64,000 nt of DNA. It comes from Candidatus Parcubacteria bacterium. GTDB taxonomy: Bacteria; Patescibacteriota; Patescibacteriia; UBA1558; GWA2-36-10. How positions within the stretch are numbered: position 1 is the stretch's first letter; each line of letters starts with the position of its first letter. The stretch lies in NCBI GenBank assembly GCA_018664825.1, contig JABJNO010000025.1, forward strand, positions 3,022-67,021. Reading direction: 5' to 3'. The position numbers and the translations under genes are program-made. Shown piece after piece: positions 30,183 through 40,154 of this stretch. The notes under the pieces are model-generated. The model had not been told where the DNA came from, did not search any database, and worked only from the letters and a program-made list of their open reading frames with translations.

Positions 30183-31349
30183 TTATTTTATTTTCCAAAT
30201 TGTTATTTCTCGGTGAACTTTTTGATTGGGTCGATGGTATATCAGAGGCTTACCTACTAGCTCGAAACCTAAGTTTTGGATTATTTGTTTGTCTAGGGTA
30301 TGGAGTTGTTTATCATGGATATCAAATATCGGGAAAATAAATACTATTTTTCCAGATTTCTTTAATATTTTTTTGAATTGTTCAAAAGCATCATTGTACA
30401 ATTCTTGTAGTTCGTTTCTTATTTTATCTAGATGAGCTACACTTTTTTGTCTTTGAATAAAGCGAGCATCACCCATGTATGGTTCACTGACAATCAAGTC
30501 AAAATATTCATTAGAAAAACTTCTACTAATACTTTTTATATTGATTTTATTTATTTTTGGTTTGATTTTGAGGTTGAAAGTTTTGATTAGCCAGTCAGTA
30601 TTGGCTATAGCATCATTTACTGCCTTGTCAGAAACATCTGTACCGTATATTTTTTCAAAGCCCAAAAGCATCGCCTCCTGCAAAACAGTTCCAGATCCAC
30701 AGAAAGGGTCGAGTATTGTCTTATTTCGCTCAGAACCAGCCAAATTTAGCATCATTTGAGCCAATTTTGGAGGTAGCATGCCCGATTTGTCGTCTCGATT
30801 GGGTCTTTTCATGTCTCGTAGACCATATTTGGCAAAATCTTGAACAGCCTCGGTAATCCCTAGGATCCACTGCTCATCTTTTTTTATCACAACGAGCTCT
30901 GAACCAATCAATTTATTTTTTGTGACAATCACAGATGATAGTTGTTCTTCTCGGCTACTGACCAAACGAATTTTATGTTTTGATTTTAATTCTCTTTTTA
31001 TATCCAGGGCAATAGACTGGATGATGCTATATTCTTTGTGACTACCATCATAAAGGCTAAAGCCAAAATTTGTCTTTTGCTCGTTGGATAGGGGGATATT
31101 TTTTATCCAAAAACTTGCCAAATCTTCGAGACTTTTTAGTTTATCCAAGAGCCTGGCAACTTTTATAGTACCGCCCAAATTCTTCATGATTTCTTTGGCT
31201 TTGGACTCACTTTCTATAATCAAAAAATTACTTCCTGTCTCTAAGATTTTATTTGGTGAAGAACCTAGCCAGTTGGTTGCTTCTTGGCGAGCCAAATCAG
31301 TAGATTGACCCAATATTAGTATATATTTGTTCACTTGTTTAGAAATCAA
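30183..31349 (-). CDS. putative THUMP-domain RNA N2-guanine/N6-adenine methyltransferase (Trm11/RlmL-like, UPF0020 family)
   Basis: MLPPKLAQMMLNLAG...ILDPFCGSGTVLQEAMLLG (motif I) and IVSEPYMGD (motif IV). Confidence 0.55.
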   Translation of the reverse strand: MISKQVNKYILILGQSTDLARQEATNWLGSSPNKILETGSNFLIIESESKAKEIMKNLGGTIKVARLLDKLKSLEDLASFWIKNIPLSNEQKTNFGFSLYDGSHKEYSIIQSIALDIKRELKSKHKIRLVSSREEQLSSVIVTKNKLIGSELVVIKKDEQWILGITEAVQDFAKYGLRDMKRPNRDDKSGMLPPKLAQMMLNLAGSERNKTILDPFCGSGTVLQEAMLLGFEKIYGTDVSDKAVNDAIANTDWLIKTFNLKIKPKINKINIKSISRSFSNEYFDLIVSEPYMGDARFIQRQKSVAHLDKIRNELQELYNDAFEQFKKILKKSGKIVFIFPIFDIHDKQLHTLDKQIIQNLGFELVGKPLIYHRPNQKVHREITIWKIK

Positions 31350-31568
31350 TAGTTATTTTGTTCCGCACCCAGTAAGAGTGGCGGGATTCATAGGTACATA
31401 ATAGGTTAAATAGTGGATTTAGGCAACTTGCACAACCTTGACTTAAGGTTTTGGATATGTTAGAGTATTCAAAGTCTAATAGATCTTTATTTTAATTAAC
31501 CAAGTCTGTTTTGCTTTATGCAAAGCAACCCTTGATTCATCAAGAAATCAAGGTAATTAGGTAGATTT

Positions 31569-32060
31569 ATGAATTACGAACTATCTTTTATTATCAGTTC
31601 TGCAATTCCAGAAACAGAACATGATAAAGTACAACAAGAGATTTTGAGCTACATAGAAAAAGCTGGAGCCAAAATTTCTAAACAGCCACAAGTGATTGGC
31701 CGTCGAAAATTAGCTTATCCTATCAAAAAGCAAAAACATGGGTTTTATGTGTTTTTGGAATTTGAAACAGAGGATAAAACAGGTTTTGTAGAAATGGAAA
31801 CCAAGATTAAACATAATCCTGGTATTTTACGACATTTGCTTATCAAAAAAGATGTAAAAGTGTCAGCTGTGGCACCAGAAGTCAAACAAGCAAAGCCTAC
31901 CAAGCCAGCTTTTGAAGCCAAGCCAAAAACAGAGGAGAAGTCCGAGGAGAAGCCTCAAGAATCAGAAGCAAAGCCTGTTACTGAGGAAATCAAGCTTGAC
32001 CTAGGAGATATCGACAAAAGATTGGATGAGATACTGGGTTCTGATCCAAAAGTAGACTAA
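31569..32060 (+). CDS. rpsF: 30S ribosomal protein S6 (with Lys/Glu-rich C-terminal extension)
   Basis: MNYELSFIISSAIPE...GRRKLAYPIKKQKHGFYVFLEFE. Conserved rpsF-ssb-rpsR order. Confidence 0.85.
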   Translation: MNYELSFIISSAIPETEHDKVQQEILSYIEKAGAKISKQPQVIGRRKLAYPIKKQKHGFYVFLEFETEDKTGFVEMETKIKHNPGILRHLLIKKDVKVSAVAPEVKQAKPTKPAFEAKPKTEEKSEEKPQESEAKPVTEEIKLDLGDIDKRLDEILGSDPKVD

Positions 32061-32084
32061 GTAGATTATTAAAGAGATAATCAT

Positions 32085-32555
32085 ATGAATTTAAACAAAG
32101 CAATGGTCATAGGAAATGTAGTTCGCGATCCTGAAATGCGCTCTACAAACGGTGGCCAAAATGTTACTTCTTTTTCAATTGCCACCAATATGGTTTGGAA
32201 AGATCAAACTACTGGTGAGAAAAAAGAAAAAGCTGAATTTCACAATATTGTAGCCTGGAGACGTTTGGCTGAAATTAGTAGCCAATATCTAAAGAAGGGC
32301 AGTAAAGTTTATATTGAAGGTCGTTTACAAACCAGGTCTTGGGATGATCCAAATGGTGTCAAAAGATATCGTACAGAGATTATCACCGAAAACATGATCA
32401 TGCTTGATAGAGCAGGAGCCAATGTTGACGGAGGAGACGGTGGCTATACAGCTCAGCCAGCTCCAAAACAAGATGCGCCTGTACAACAACAAGCACAAAA
32501 AACTGATAACAATGTAAGCGAAGAAGAAATCAGTATTGAAGACATACCATTTTAA
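32085..32555 (+). CDS. ssb: single-stranded DNA-binding protein
   Basis: OB-fold motifs (MVIGNVVRDPEMR...FHNIVAWRRLAEI...YIEGRLQTRSWDD) and acidic C-terminal tip EEISIEDIPF. Confidence 0.9.
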   Translation: MNLNKAMVIGNVVRDPEMRSTNGGQNVTSFSIATNMVWKDQTTGEKKEKAEFHNIVAWRRLAEISSQYLKKGSKVYIEGRLQTRSWDDPNGVKRYRTEIITENMIMLDRAGANVDGGDGGYTAQPAPKQDAPVQQQAQKTDNNVSEEEISIEDIPF

Positions 32556-32575
32556 TAAATTTTTAAGTTTTAATT

Positions 32576-32794
32576 ATGCATAAAAAATTAATTAACAAAT
32601 ATTGCTATTTTTGTGTTAACAATATTTCACATATTGATTATAAAAATTGGCAACAACTACAAAAGTTTACCTCTTCTTATAACAAGATTGTTCCAAAAAG
32701 AAGAAGTGGAGCTTGTTCAAAACACCAAAGAAAGTTGACTACCGGTATCAAGAGAGCTCGTTTTATGGCTCTATTACCATTTGCTGCAAAATAA
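32576..32794 (+). CDS. rpsR: 30S ribosomal protein S18
   Basis: CYFC...IDYKN...LQKFTSSYNKIVPKRRSGACSKHQRKLTTGIKRARFMALLPF. Confidence 0.9.
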   Translation: MHKKLINKYCYFCVNNISHIDYKNWQQLQKFTSSYNKIVPKRRSGACSKHQRKLTTGIKRARFMALLPFAAK

Positions 32795-33356
32795 TATGTT
32801 ATCATTGAGTGATTTAAAATTAGGTAAGGTGATTAGTGTAAACAATGATCCGTATCAAATAGTTTTTACCCAACATATAAAAGTAGCCCGAGGTGGAGCA
32901 GTTGTTAAAACCAAATTAAAAAATTTGGCTGGTGGTTCTACTTTGGAAAAGACGTTTAATGGTTCGGATAGTATAGAGGATGCTGACATCGATCATCGTA
33001 AAGCAAATTTTTTGTACACGACTGATGATGATTATTTTTTCATGGACAACGAAGATTTTGAACAATTTCAATTTGCCAGTGACGTTTTGGGTGATATGAC
33101 AAAGTATTTGGTTGAAGGACAAGAAGTTGATGTTTTGATTTTCAATGACAAGCCAGTTTCTGTGGCATTGCCAACCAAGATTACTCTAAATGTAAAATCA
33201 GCCCCTGAAGGAGTCAAGGGAAATAGTGCCGGAGCAGTCACCAAGGTAATAGTTTTGGAAACGGATGTAGAAATAAGAACTCCACTTTTTATAAAGGCCG
33301 GAGACAAGGTGGTTGTCAATACTGAAACAGGAGAATACGTCGAAAGAACACAATAA
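32781..33356 (+). CDS. efp: elongation factor P
   Basis: LKLGKVISVNNDPYQIVFTQHIKVARGGAVVKTKLKNL... KOW/OB domains, ~190 aa. Overlaps the rpsR stop. Confidence 0.85.
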   Translation: MLQNNMLSLSDLKLGKVISVNNDPYQIVFTQHIKVARGGAVVKTKLKNLAGGSTLEKTFNGSDSIEDADIDHRKANFLYTTDDDYFFMDNEDFEQFQFASDVLGDMTKYLVEGQEVDVLIFNDKPVSVALPTKITLNVKSAPEGVKGNSAGAVTKVIVLETDVEIRTPLFIKAGDKVVVNTETGEYVERTQ

Positions 33357-33370
33357 CTTTTTATAAAAAT

Positions 33371-33410
33371 AACCTTCGAGGTTAAAAAAACCTCGAAGGT
33401 TATTTTTTTT
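33371..33410 (+). repeat. REP palindrome pair acting as the efp terminator
   Basis: AACCTTCGAGGTT (33371-33383), AAAAA loop, AACCTCGAAGGTT (33389-33401), then T-run. Same 13-mer as the repeats flanking the RAYT gene at 42.5-43.2 kb. Confidence 0.8.
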
Positions 33411-33480
33411 GTTTATATTGGTAATTAGCACTTAAATATGTTATAATATAAAACGAATGAACAACAATATAAAATAAAAA

Positions 33481-35019
33481 ATGCCAACATTAAATAATAC
33501 TAAAAATCAAACTTCTTCAAAAGATAATTGGTCTGATAATTTATTAATCAAGGATAAAGGTGGTAAATTGCACCACTTGAATTCATCAAATAAAGATAAA
33601 AATGTTGGTTCTTTTAGTAAAAAAAGTACAGAAATTGATCATAATTTGAGCTTAGCACCAGCTGATGATAGTTTTTCTGCCAATCAACTTATCGATGGTA
33701 CAGCCGAGACCAGGGCGGATCTTGTGTTTCACCCAGAAGATGATCAACAACTAAAAAAAATTGCCAAAAATATACCTCTCGATGGTAGTAAAAAATACAG
33801 CATTGATAAAATAGCGGAGAGGATAATCGAAAAGCAAGGATTAAAATTTGATACTGGAAATAAAAAGTTATTTATTGATATTCTTTTTGATTTTTTTCGT
33901 AATCGTAAAAAAGCATCAGGAGTACGAGAAATTTTATCTAGTAAAATAAAATCTGCAAAAAAGAGCCTAGCCTTGGAAGTTGTTGATAATATAGTATCCG
34001 TGATCAAAGGTATAAAGGCAAAAGTAGATTCTCAAAGTGGTCTAGTGGTTAGGATGTCAGAAATAGAAAAACCTCCTGTTAAAATTCAACCAGAAATTAC
34101 ACAAAAAATATTACCAGAAATTGGACCACCAAAAGTTGTTTATGATTTGGACGAAGAGGCAGATACTAGTGATATTCAAGAATTGGCTAAATTTGTTGGT
34201 GATATTCCAAAAGAAAAATTTGAAATTCCGGATAAAAAAGCACCTATTGTCAAAGATTTGGAGTCAGATTTGAAAGAAACATTGGAAATAGAAAAAGAGT
34301 TACCCAAAGATATTGAACAAGCTCCAAAGAAAGAAGAAGAGGAAAAGCCTCAGCCTATTCCTGTCAAAATTGTTGAGCCGCCAAAGCAGGAGCCAAAAGA
34401 AGACGTGGTCCTTGCCAAGGTTGCAGATGACAAGAAAGAACCAGGTGGAGGATTTGAAATTCCGGATAAAAAAGCACCTATTGTCAAAGGCTCTGGACAA
34501 ATCAAAGATCAGCCAAAACCGATTAAAAGTTCAGCTACACACGCCAAGGGACTTGAACAAATCAAAAAAGAACCAGTGACCGCTTCTTTGCCAAAAGTTG
34601 TTCGTCCTATGCAGGATGCTAAAAATCAGATTAGTGATGTAAAAACTCAACCAAAACCAGCACCAATGGCACCAAGAGCTGTTCCTAAACATGCTTTGAG
34701 TGGACCGGTGCAAGAGTTACAGGTTTTGGATTTGCACAATTGGAGAAATTTGGGTGACGATGCAGATAGTAGGGCTGAGAGATTGATGGAAAAGATAAAT
34801 ATGTTAGAAGAAGAATCGTTTACCAAAAAAGCCCAAGGTATAGATGCTTGGAGAAAGAGTCCTGTTCATCAAGAATATTTGGAGTTAGGGGCAGAGAGTA
34901 TGGGTCAGGGTAAAGAAGTATCAACCTTGATTACCGAATATGAGCAACAAGGTAAAGAAACCTTATCAATAGAAGAATTTGCCGCTGTATCTGATTTAAA
35001 TAAAAAATTAAGGTTCTAG
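33481..35019 (+). CDS. hypothetical Lys/Pro/Glu-rich low-complexity protein with internal duplicated FEIPDKKAPIVK segment
   Basis: Long ORF. Repeats at aa ~240 and ~330. Immediately upstream of the T4SS-like genes. Confidence 0.4.
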   Translation: MPTLNNTKNQTSSKDNWSDNLLIKDKGGKLHHLNSSNKDKNVGSFSKKSTEIDHNLSLAPADDSFSANQLIDGTAETRADLVFHPEDDQQLKKIAKNIPLDGSKKYSIDKIAERIIEKQGLKFDTGNKKLFIDILFDFFRNRKKASGVREILSSKIKSAKKSLALEVVDNIVSVIKGIKAKVDSQSGLVVRMSEIEKPPVKIQPEITQKILPEIGPPKVVYDLDEEADTSDIQELAKFVGDIPKEKFEIPDKKAPIVKDLESDLKETLEIEKELPKDIEQAPKKEEEEKPQPIPVKIVEPPKQEPKEDVVLAKVADDKKEPGGGFEIPDKKAPIVKGSGQIKDQPKPIKSSATHAKGLEQIKKEPVTASLPKVVRPMQDAKNQISDVKTQPKPAPMAPRAVPKHALSGPVQELQVLDLHNWRNLGDDADSRAERLMEKINMLEEESFTKKAQGIDAWRKSPVHQEYLELGAESMGQGKEVSTLITEYEQQGKETLSIEEFAAVSDLNKKLRF

Positions 35020-35023
35020 ATTT

Positions 35024-35485
35024 ATGCAAGATAAATTTATAGTGCCACAATTTATTGATTCAGAGGATAAGATTTGGGGACCGATTACTGTTCGTCAGTT
35101 TATTCTGGTTATTGTTGGAGGTTTATTTATTTTTTTAGCCTATAAATTTTCAGATTTTACTTTGTTTTTATTGCAAACTATTTCGATAGCTATATTTGTT
35201 GGTTTATTTGCTTTTTATAGAGTAAATGGAGCTCCTTTTCATCTTTTTGCCATAAATGTAATTCAAACTTATAAAAAACCAAAAATTAGAGTTTGGTTAA
35301 AAGAGTATATTCGAATAGAGCAAATAAAAAGCAAAGAAGAGGGAAAGGTAGAAAAAATTATTCCTCGTAGACCTTTTATTGCCCAAAGCAAACTTTCGGA
35401 GTTATCTTTGATTATAGATACGGGTGGCATTTATAAAGGAGAACAAAGGGCCAATGGTTTAAATAATGTAGAAGTAAAGAAATAA
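35024..35485 (+). CDS. PrgI-family (VirB3-like) small membrane protein of type IV secretion systems
   Basis: N-terminus FIVPQFIDSEDKIWGPITVRQFILVIVGGLFIFL matches the PrgI pattern (VPKDI..E.KI..GLT.RQ followed by two TM helices). Sits directly before VirB4. Confidence 0.55.
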   Translation: MQDKFIVPQFIDSEDKIWGPITVRQFILVIVGGLFIFLAYKFSDFTLFLLQTISIAIFVGLFAFYRVNGAPFHLFAINVIQTYKKPKIRVWLKEYIRIEQIKSKEEGKVEKIIPRRPFIAQSKLSELSLIIDTGGIYKGEQRANGLNNVEVKK

Positions 35486-35495
35486 TTGATAATAT

Positions 35496-36176
35496 ATGAA
35501 GAACAAAAAATTAGCAGGAGGCAAGCCAAATCAATCAACTCAAAAATATTTAGATATTGCAGAAATTCGAGATGATATCGTTATTTTAAATGACGGTACT
35601 GTTCGGGGAGTATTGTTGATATCATCTATCAATTTTGATTTAAAATCTGAAGATGAACAAAGAGCGATTATTGGTGGGTATGTTAGTTTTTTAAACACCC
35701 TGGATTATCCTTTGCAGATAGTTATCCAATCTAGGCCTTTGAATATTGATGATTATTTAGATAGGTTAAAAAAGGTAGAAAAAGAGCAGACCAATGAATC
35801 TCTTCGTATGCAGACAGTTGATTATCGACAATTTATCAATGAGCTGCTTACTTTGGAAAAGATTATGAGTAAAAAGTTTTTTGTAGTTGTACCTTATCGT
35901 CCAGTTAGTGACAAAAAGAAAGGCTTTATTGATAGATTTGGGTCTGTATTTTCTACAGCCAAAGTAGTCCAGTTGAGCCGTAAAAGATTTGATGAATTTA
36001 ATAGCAAAGTAAATAAACGTTGTGATTTTGTGATGTCTGGTTTGGCTAGTCTTGGTCTCAGGAGTCAGAGACTAAATACTCAGGCCTTGATTGAACTTTA
36101 TTACAATAGTTATAACCCAGATTTATTCCAAAGACAGCCTTTGGAAACAATGGATAAATTAAGAGTGGAAACATAA
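35496..36176 (+). CDS. VirB4/TrbE N-terminal domain encoded as a separate ORF
   Basis: YLDIAEIRDDIVILNDGTVRGVLLISSINFDLKSEDEQRAIIGGYVSFLNTLDYPLQIVIQS aligns with the N-terminus of VirB4 proteins (YLPY..HLSDHIVLLEDGS...I.G..FE...). Stop TAA at 36174-36176, next ATG at 36178. Confidence 0.55.
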   Translation: MKNKKLAGGKPNQSTQKYLDIAEIRDDIVILNDGTVRGVLLISSINFDLKSEDEQRAIIGGYVSFLNTLDYPLQIVIQSRPLNIDDYLDRLKKVEKEQTNESLRMQTVDYRQFINELLTLEKIMSKKFFVVVPYRPVSDKKKGFIDRFGSVFSTAKVVQLSRKRFDEFNSKVNKRCDFVMSGLASLGLRSQRLNTQALIELYYNSYNPDLFQRQPLETMDKLRVET

Positions 36177-36177
36177 A

Positions 36178-38109
36178 ATGTTTGGATTTAAAAAAATAAA
36201 AGAAGCAACCTCTAATCAGGCTAAGCAAGCAGGGCAAGTTGCCAACGCGTCTCAATCTGCTTTACCTCCCACCAAAGAAAACAAGGGGCAGGTAATGGAA
36301 AAAGACAAGGCTTTGTTGGAGGCAGAAAAAGTATTTAGAGAAGGCGTTGTAAGTGTGCGTGATGTGATAGCACCAGCTGCTTTCAAAGTAGATAGTAATT
36401 TTTTGAGACTCAATGATGTCTATGTGCGGACATTGTTTGTGATGACTTATCCTAGGTATGTGACCATTGGTTGGTTTGCTCCGATTATCAACGAGAGCCT
36501 GACCTTGGATATTGCTATGTTCTTTTATCCTCTGGATATTCAGTTGGTTTTGAAGCAATTGAGAAATAAAGTAGGTACAATGGAGGCTCAGATTATTTCT
36601 GATCATGAAAAAGGTGCTCCGCGTGATCCGATTGCCGAAACTGCCCTTCGAGACATTGAAGGTCTTAGAGATGGCTTGAGCCAGGGTACAGAAAAGTTTT
36701 TTCAATTTTCTTTGTATGTCACTATTTATTCAAAAGATAAAGATGAGTTAGAAACAGCTACTGATCGTATTGAAAATTTATTGGGCATGCAGTTGATTTA
36801 CTCTAGAAAATCTTTGTTTCAATCAGAGCAGGGATTCAACTCTACTTTGCCCTTGGGTAATGATGAATTATCTATTTCTACAAATATGAATAGTTCGCCG
36901 ATTGCATCTTCTTTTCCTTTTGTGTCTAGTGAGCTTACTTCAGATGAGGGTATTTTGTACGGTATAAATAGACATAACAATAGTTTGATATTATTTGATA
37001 GATTTAGCTTGCAAAACGCCAATATGGTAGTTTTTGCTACATCTGGTGCTGGTAAGAGTTATGCTATTAAGCTAGAAGTATTACGTTCAATGATGATAGG
37101 TTCGGATGTGATTATTATTGATCCAGAAAATGAATATAGACATCTTTCAGAAGCTGTAAATGGTGCTTATATCAATGTTTCTCTAAATTCAGAAAGTAAA
37201 CTAAACCCTTTTGATTTACCAAGAGGAGTAGGAGGAGAAAGTAAGCCAGAGGATATATTGAGATCTGCGGTCATCACCTTGAAAGGTTTGATCCGTTTGA
37301 TGATTGGTGATGTGACAAATGCAGAAGATTCTCTGCTTGATAGGGCATTGCTCGAAACTTATGCCAAAAAAGATATTACAGCAAGTAGTGACCTTTCAAA
37401 TATAGAACCACCTTTGATGTCTGACCTTGAAGAGGTATTACTTAGTATGGAAGGCGGAGAAGATATGGCCTTGCGCATCAAAAAATATACCGAAGGTACT
37501 TTTTCTGGACTATTCAATAGCCCAACCAATGTTCAGGTTGATAATCAGCTGATTATTTTTAGTATTAGAGATCTAGAAGATGAGCTGAGGCCTATTGCGA
37601 TGTATGTAATTGTAAATTATATTTGGAATATTATCCGTAGTGAGCTCAAACGAAGGATTTTGGTAGTTGATGAGGCCTGGATTATGATGAGGCACGAAGA
37701 TAGTGCCAAATTTATGTTTGCCCTAGTAAAACGTTGTCGAAAATATTATCTAGGTGTGACGACTATTACCCAGGATGTAAATGATTTTCTTACCTCTCCA
37801 TTTGGTAATGCTATTGTGACCAACTCTTCTATGCAAATGTTGCTCAAACAATCACCCGCATCTATTGGTCTTATTCAAAAGACATTTATGCTTACTGAGG
37901 GTGAAAAATATCTATTATTGGAATCTGGTGTTGGTGAAGGAATATTTTTTGCCGGATCAAAGCATGCGGCTATAAAGATACAAGCTTCGTATACAGAACA
38001 TCAGCTAATTACTTCTGACCCTCGTCAATTGTTGGAAATTGAAGAAGCCAAAAAAGAGTTTGAAGAGGCAATGATGCTGGAAGCAGAAGGTGGTACTACC
38101 AATGTTTAG
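36178..38109 (+). CDS. virB4: VirB4/TraC-family type IV secretion ATPase
   Basis: Gram-positive-type VirB4 N-region (VYVRTLFVMTYPRYVTIGWFAPI), Walker A ATSGAGKSYAIK, Walker B ILVVDEAW (DEAW hallmark of VirB4), C-terminal TITQD motif. Confidence 0.85.
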   Translation: MFGFKKIKEATSNQAKQAGQVANASQSALPPTKENKGQVMEKDKALLEAEKVFREGVVSVRDVIAPAAFKVDSNFLRLNDVYVRTLFVMTYPRYVTIGWFAPIINESLTLDIAMFFYPLDIQLVLKQLRNKVGTMEAQIISDHEKGAPRDPIAETALRDIEGLRDGLSQGTEKFFQFSLYVTIYSKDKDELETATDRIENLLGMQLIYSRKSLFQSEQGFNSTLPLGNDELSISTNMNSSPIASSFPFVSSELTSDEGILYGINRHNNSLILFDRFSLQNANMVVFATSGAGKSYAIKLEVLRSMMIGSDVIIIDPENEYRHLSEAVNGAYINVSLNSESKLNPFDLPRGVGGESKPEDILRSAVITLKGLIRLMIGDVTNAEDSLLDRALLETYAKKDITASSDLSNIEPPLMSDLEEVLLSMEGGEDMALRIKKYTEGTFSGLFNSPTNVQVDNQLIIFSIRDLEDELRPIAMYVIVNYIWNIIRSELKRRILVVDEAWIMMRHEDSAKFMFALVKRCRKYYLGVTTITQDVNDFLTSPFGNAIVTNSSMQMLLKQSPASIGLIQKTFMLTEGEKYLLLESGVGEGIFFAGSKHAAIKIQASYTEHQLITSDPRQLLEIEEAKKEFEEAMMLEAEGGTTNV

Positions 38110-38134
38110 TTTTAATAAAAAATAACATAAATAT

Positions 38135-38707
38135 ATGGATGAACAACAAAAGAAAAAAGCTTTTTGGTTGGCAGTAATAATTTTGATTGTTATTGGAGTA
38201 TTATTTTTCTTCCTAGTAATTAGGGACAAGAATAATACAGAGATTGAGGCAGAGGGGGATGAAGGAATACCGGAGTTTCAAGTACCTAGCGCAAACATCA
38301 AATTTGATCCAGAATTGCCACCCGTTGCTACCAATGCAGAGTTTTCAGCTATTAATTTGGCAAAAAATTATGTAGAGAGACTTGGTAGCTGGTCTACAGA
38401 CAATCAACTGCACAATTTGGAAGAATTAATACCACTTAGTTCAGCCAAGATGAGAATCAACTTGGATAGTGTAGAGGCAGATTACAGTAATGATGATTTT
38501 AGTGGTATTACAACCAAGAGTTTGACTACTGAGGTGTTATCCATGGATGAAAAATCTGCTGAGATAATAGTTGGTACACAGAGGATAGCTACAAGGGAAG
38601 AAAAGTCAAAGAAAGGTGTAACCGAAAATGTATATACACAAGAAGCAAAGGTAAGTCTGATAAAATCAGGCAATACTTGGCTAGTTGATGAAGTTGAGTG
38701 GCAATAA
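38135..38707 (+). CDS. N-terminally anchored hypothetical protein (possible VirB8/TcpC-like bitopic component)
   Basis: Single TM (FWLAVIILIVIGVLFFFLVI) plus ~150-aa extracytoplasmic domain. Position right after VirB4. Confidence 0.3.
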   Translation: MDEQQKKKAFWLAVIILIVIGVLFFFLVIRDKNNTEIEAEGDEGIPEFQVPSANIKFDPELPPVATNAEFSAINLAKNYVERLGSWSTDNQLHNLEELIPLSSAKMRINLDSVEADYSNDDFSGITTKSLTTEVLSMDEKSAEIIVGTQRIATREEKSKKGVTENVYTQEAKVSLIKSGNTWLVDEVEWQ

Positions 38708-38731
38708 TTTATAATTATTAAGAATAAGAAT

Positions 38732-39022
38732 ATGGCAGAGGTACAGATCAGGGAATTGGAAAAAGAAATAAAAGACCAATTAGATAGAATTTATAAATTA
38801 TTGGATGAAAAGAAAAGTGCGGAGTTTATTAAGATAGAGTATAAAAGGGTTGTTGAGTTAATCTCTCAAAAGTATTTATTGATGAAGGATGAGATGCAAA
38901 AGAGAAAAAATCAAACAGACCCAACCGAATTTGCTAAACAAATGGCAGGCTTGGATGCACATTATAAAGATGATGTAATTGCAATTGCTGTCGGCATTGA
39001 TAATACATTAGAAGGTAAATAA
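38732..39022 (+). CDS. small coiled-coil hypothetical protein
   Basis: 96-aa ORF with charged heptad-like sequence in T4SS-like cluster. Confidence 0.3.
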   Translation: MAEVQIRELEKEIKDQLDRIYKLLDEKKSAEFIKIEYKRVVELISQKYLLMKDEMQKRKNQTDPTEFAKQMAGLDAHYKDDVIAIAVGIDNTLEGK

Positions 39023-39037
39023 TTTTAGACAGAAGCT

Positions 39038-40135
39038 ATGGTTGGTCCTGGGAACATTTCAATGCCAATGCAGTCCTATCTACAAGGTGCTTTGGGTACT
39101 ATGGTAGGTGAGGTTTTGAGTGATGTCATGATAAGTGATTATGATATCCAGGCTTTTAAAGAGGGTGGCAAAAAAGATATAATGAAAACGGCTCTAGTGA
39201 GGGCCGTTGGTAAACTTACATCTTCTTTGACCTATGGCATGGTTCATGGTGGCGATATTCAAAATTATCGAGAAACTGGCTCTTTGAAAGAAACTTTGAT
39301 GAAAAAGGACCTGGTCGGAATGGCTCTGACTGCGGCTACTATAGCAATGCCTCAATTGGCTATAGCCACAGCAGTAGCTAGGAGAGTTGGTCCAGAGATT
39401 ACAGCTGAAGATATAGCCAAAAAAGCAGGCGAAGCAAAGGCTGGTATCCAGAGCAGGGTGATGGATTTAGAGATGGATCTTATGGAGGAGGATCCGGAGA
39501 TTGCAGATGCTTATGATCCCAACTTGGATCCGGACTTTCAAAAATCTAGAGAGGCAGGTGGTTATGTGCCTCCTGGTAATGAGAGGACAGTAGGGCGTCA
39601 GCTGAGAGCGATGCAAAAAGGTTCTGGTGATGATGACAATCAACCAGATTCAGGTGAGGACTCAGGTGAGGGTAAGGAGGGTGCATCACCCGATGGAAAT
39701 GAACAAAGTAAAATGAGAGCCTTAAAAGGAGAAAAGAGTAAGGCTCAAGCCAAAAAAAAGAAACAAGCTCAAGCCAAAGCCAAGAAACAACTTGAGGCAA
39801 AGATAAAAAAGAAGATAACCGACATGGCTCTTAAGGCAGGATTTAGGACGGCGGCAGCTGGCTCAGCAGCCACGTTGATAGGGCTTGTTGTTACTTATAT
39901 ATTGTGGGCTATTCAAATTATTGCTGGTAACTGGCTCAAATCACAAATAATTCCACCACTTGGTTTAGGAGAGAGGATTGCATTTGGTGTTGTTACATTT
40001 ATTATGGTACTTGCAGTTATTATCGCTTTTATTTTTGTCATGTTGACCTTTGTGTTGATGAATGGATGGGTTATAGCACTTAGTTATTTTGGTTCAGAGA
40101 TGGTATTATTTTTTAAAGATTTTTTAGGAATGTAA
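39038..40135 (+). CDS. hypothetical protein with Lys-rich region and C-terminal multi-TM anchor
   Basis: KAQAKKKKQAQAKAKKQLEAKIKKK stretch followed by 3 hydrophobic helices at the C-terminus. Confidence 0.4.
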   Translation: MVGPGNISMPMQSYLQGALGTMVGEVLSDVMISDYDIQAFKEGGKKDIMKTALVRAVGKLTSSLTYGMVHGGDIQNYRETGSLKETLMKKDLVGMALTAATIAMPQLAIATAVARRVGPEITAEDIAKKAGEAKAGIQSRVMDLEMDLMEEDPEIADAYDPNLDPDFQKSREAGGYVPPGNERTVGRQLRAMQKGSGDDDNQPDSGEDSGEGKEGASPDGNEQSKMRALKGEKSKAQAKKKKQAQAKAKKQLEAKIKKKITDMALKAGFRTAAAGSAATLIGLVVTYILWAIQIIAGNWLKSQIIPPLGLGERIAFGVVTFIMVLAVIIAFIFVMLTFVLMNGWVIALSYFGSEMVLFFKDFLGM

Positions 40136-40154
40136 TATAAATTAAAATTTTTAT

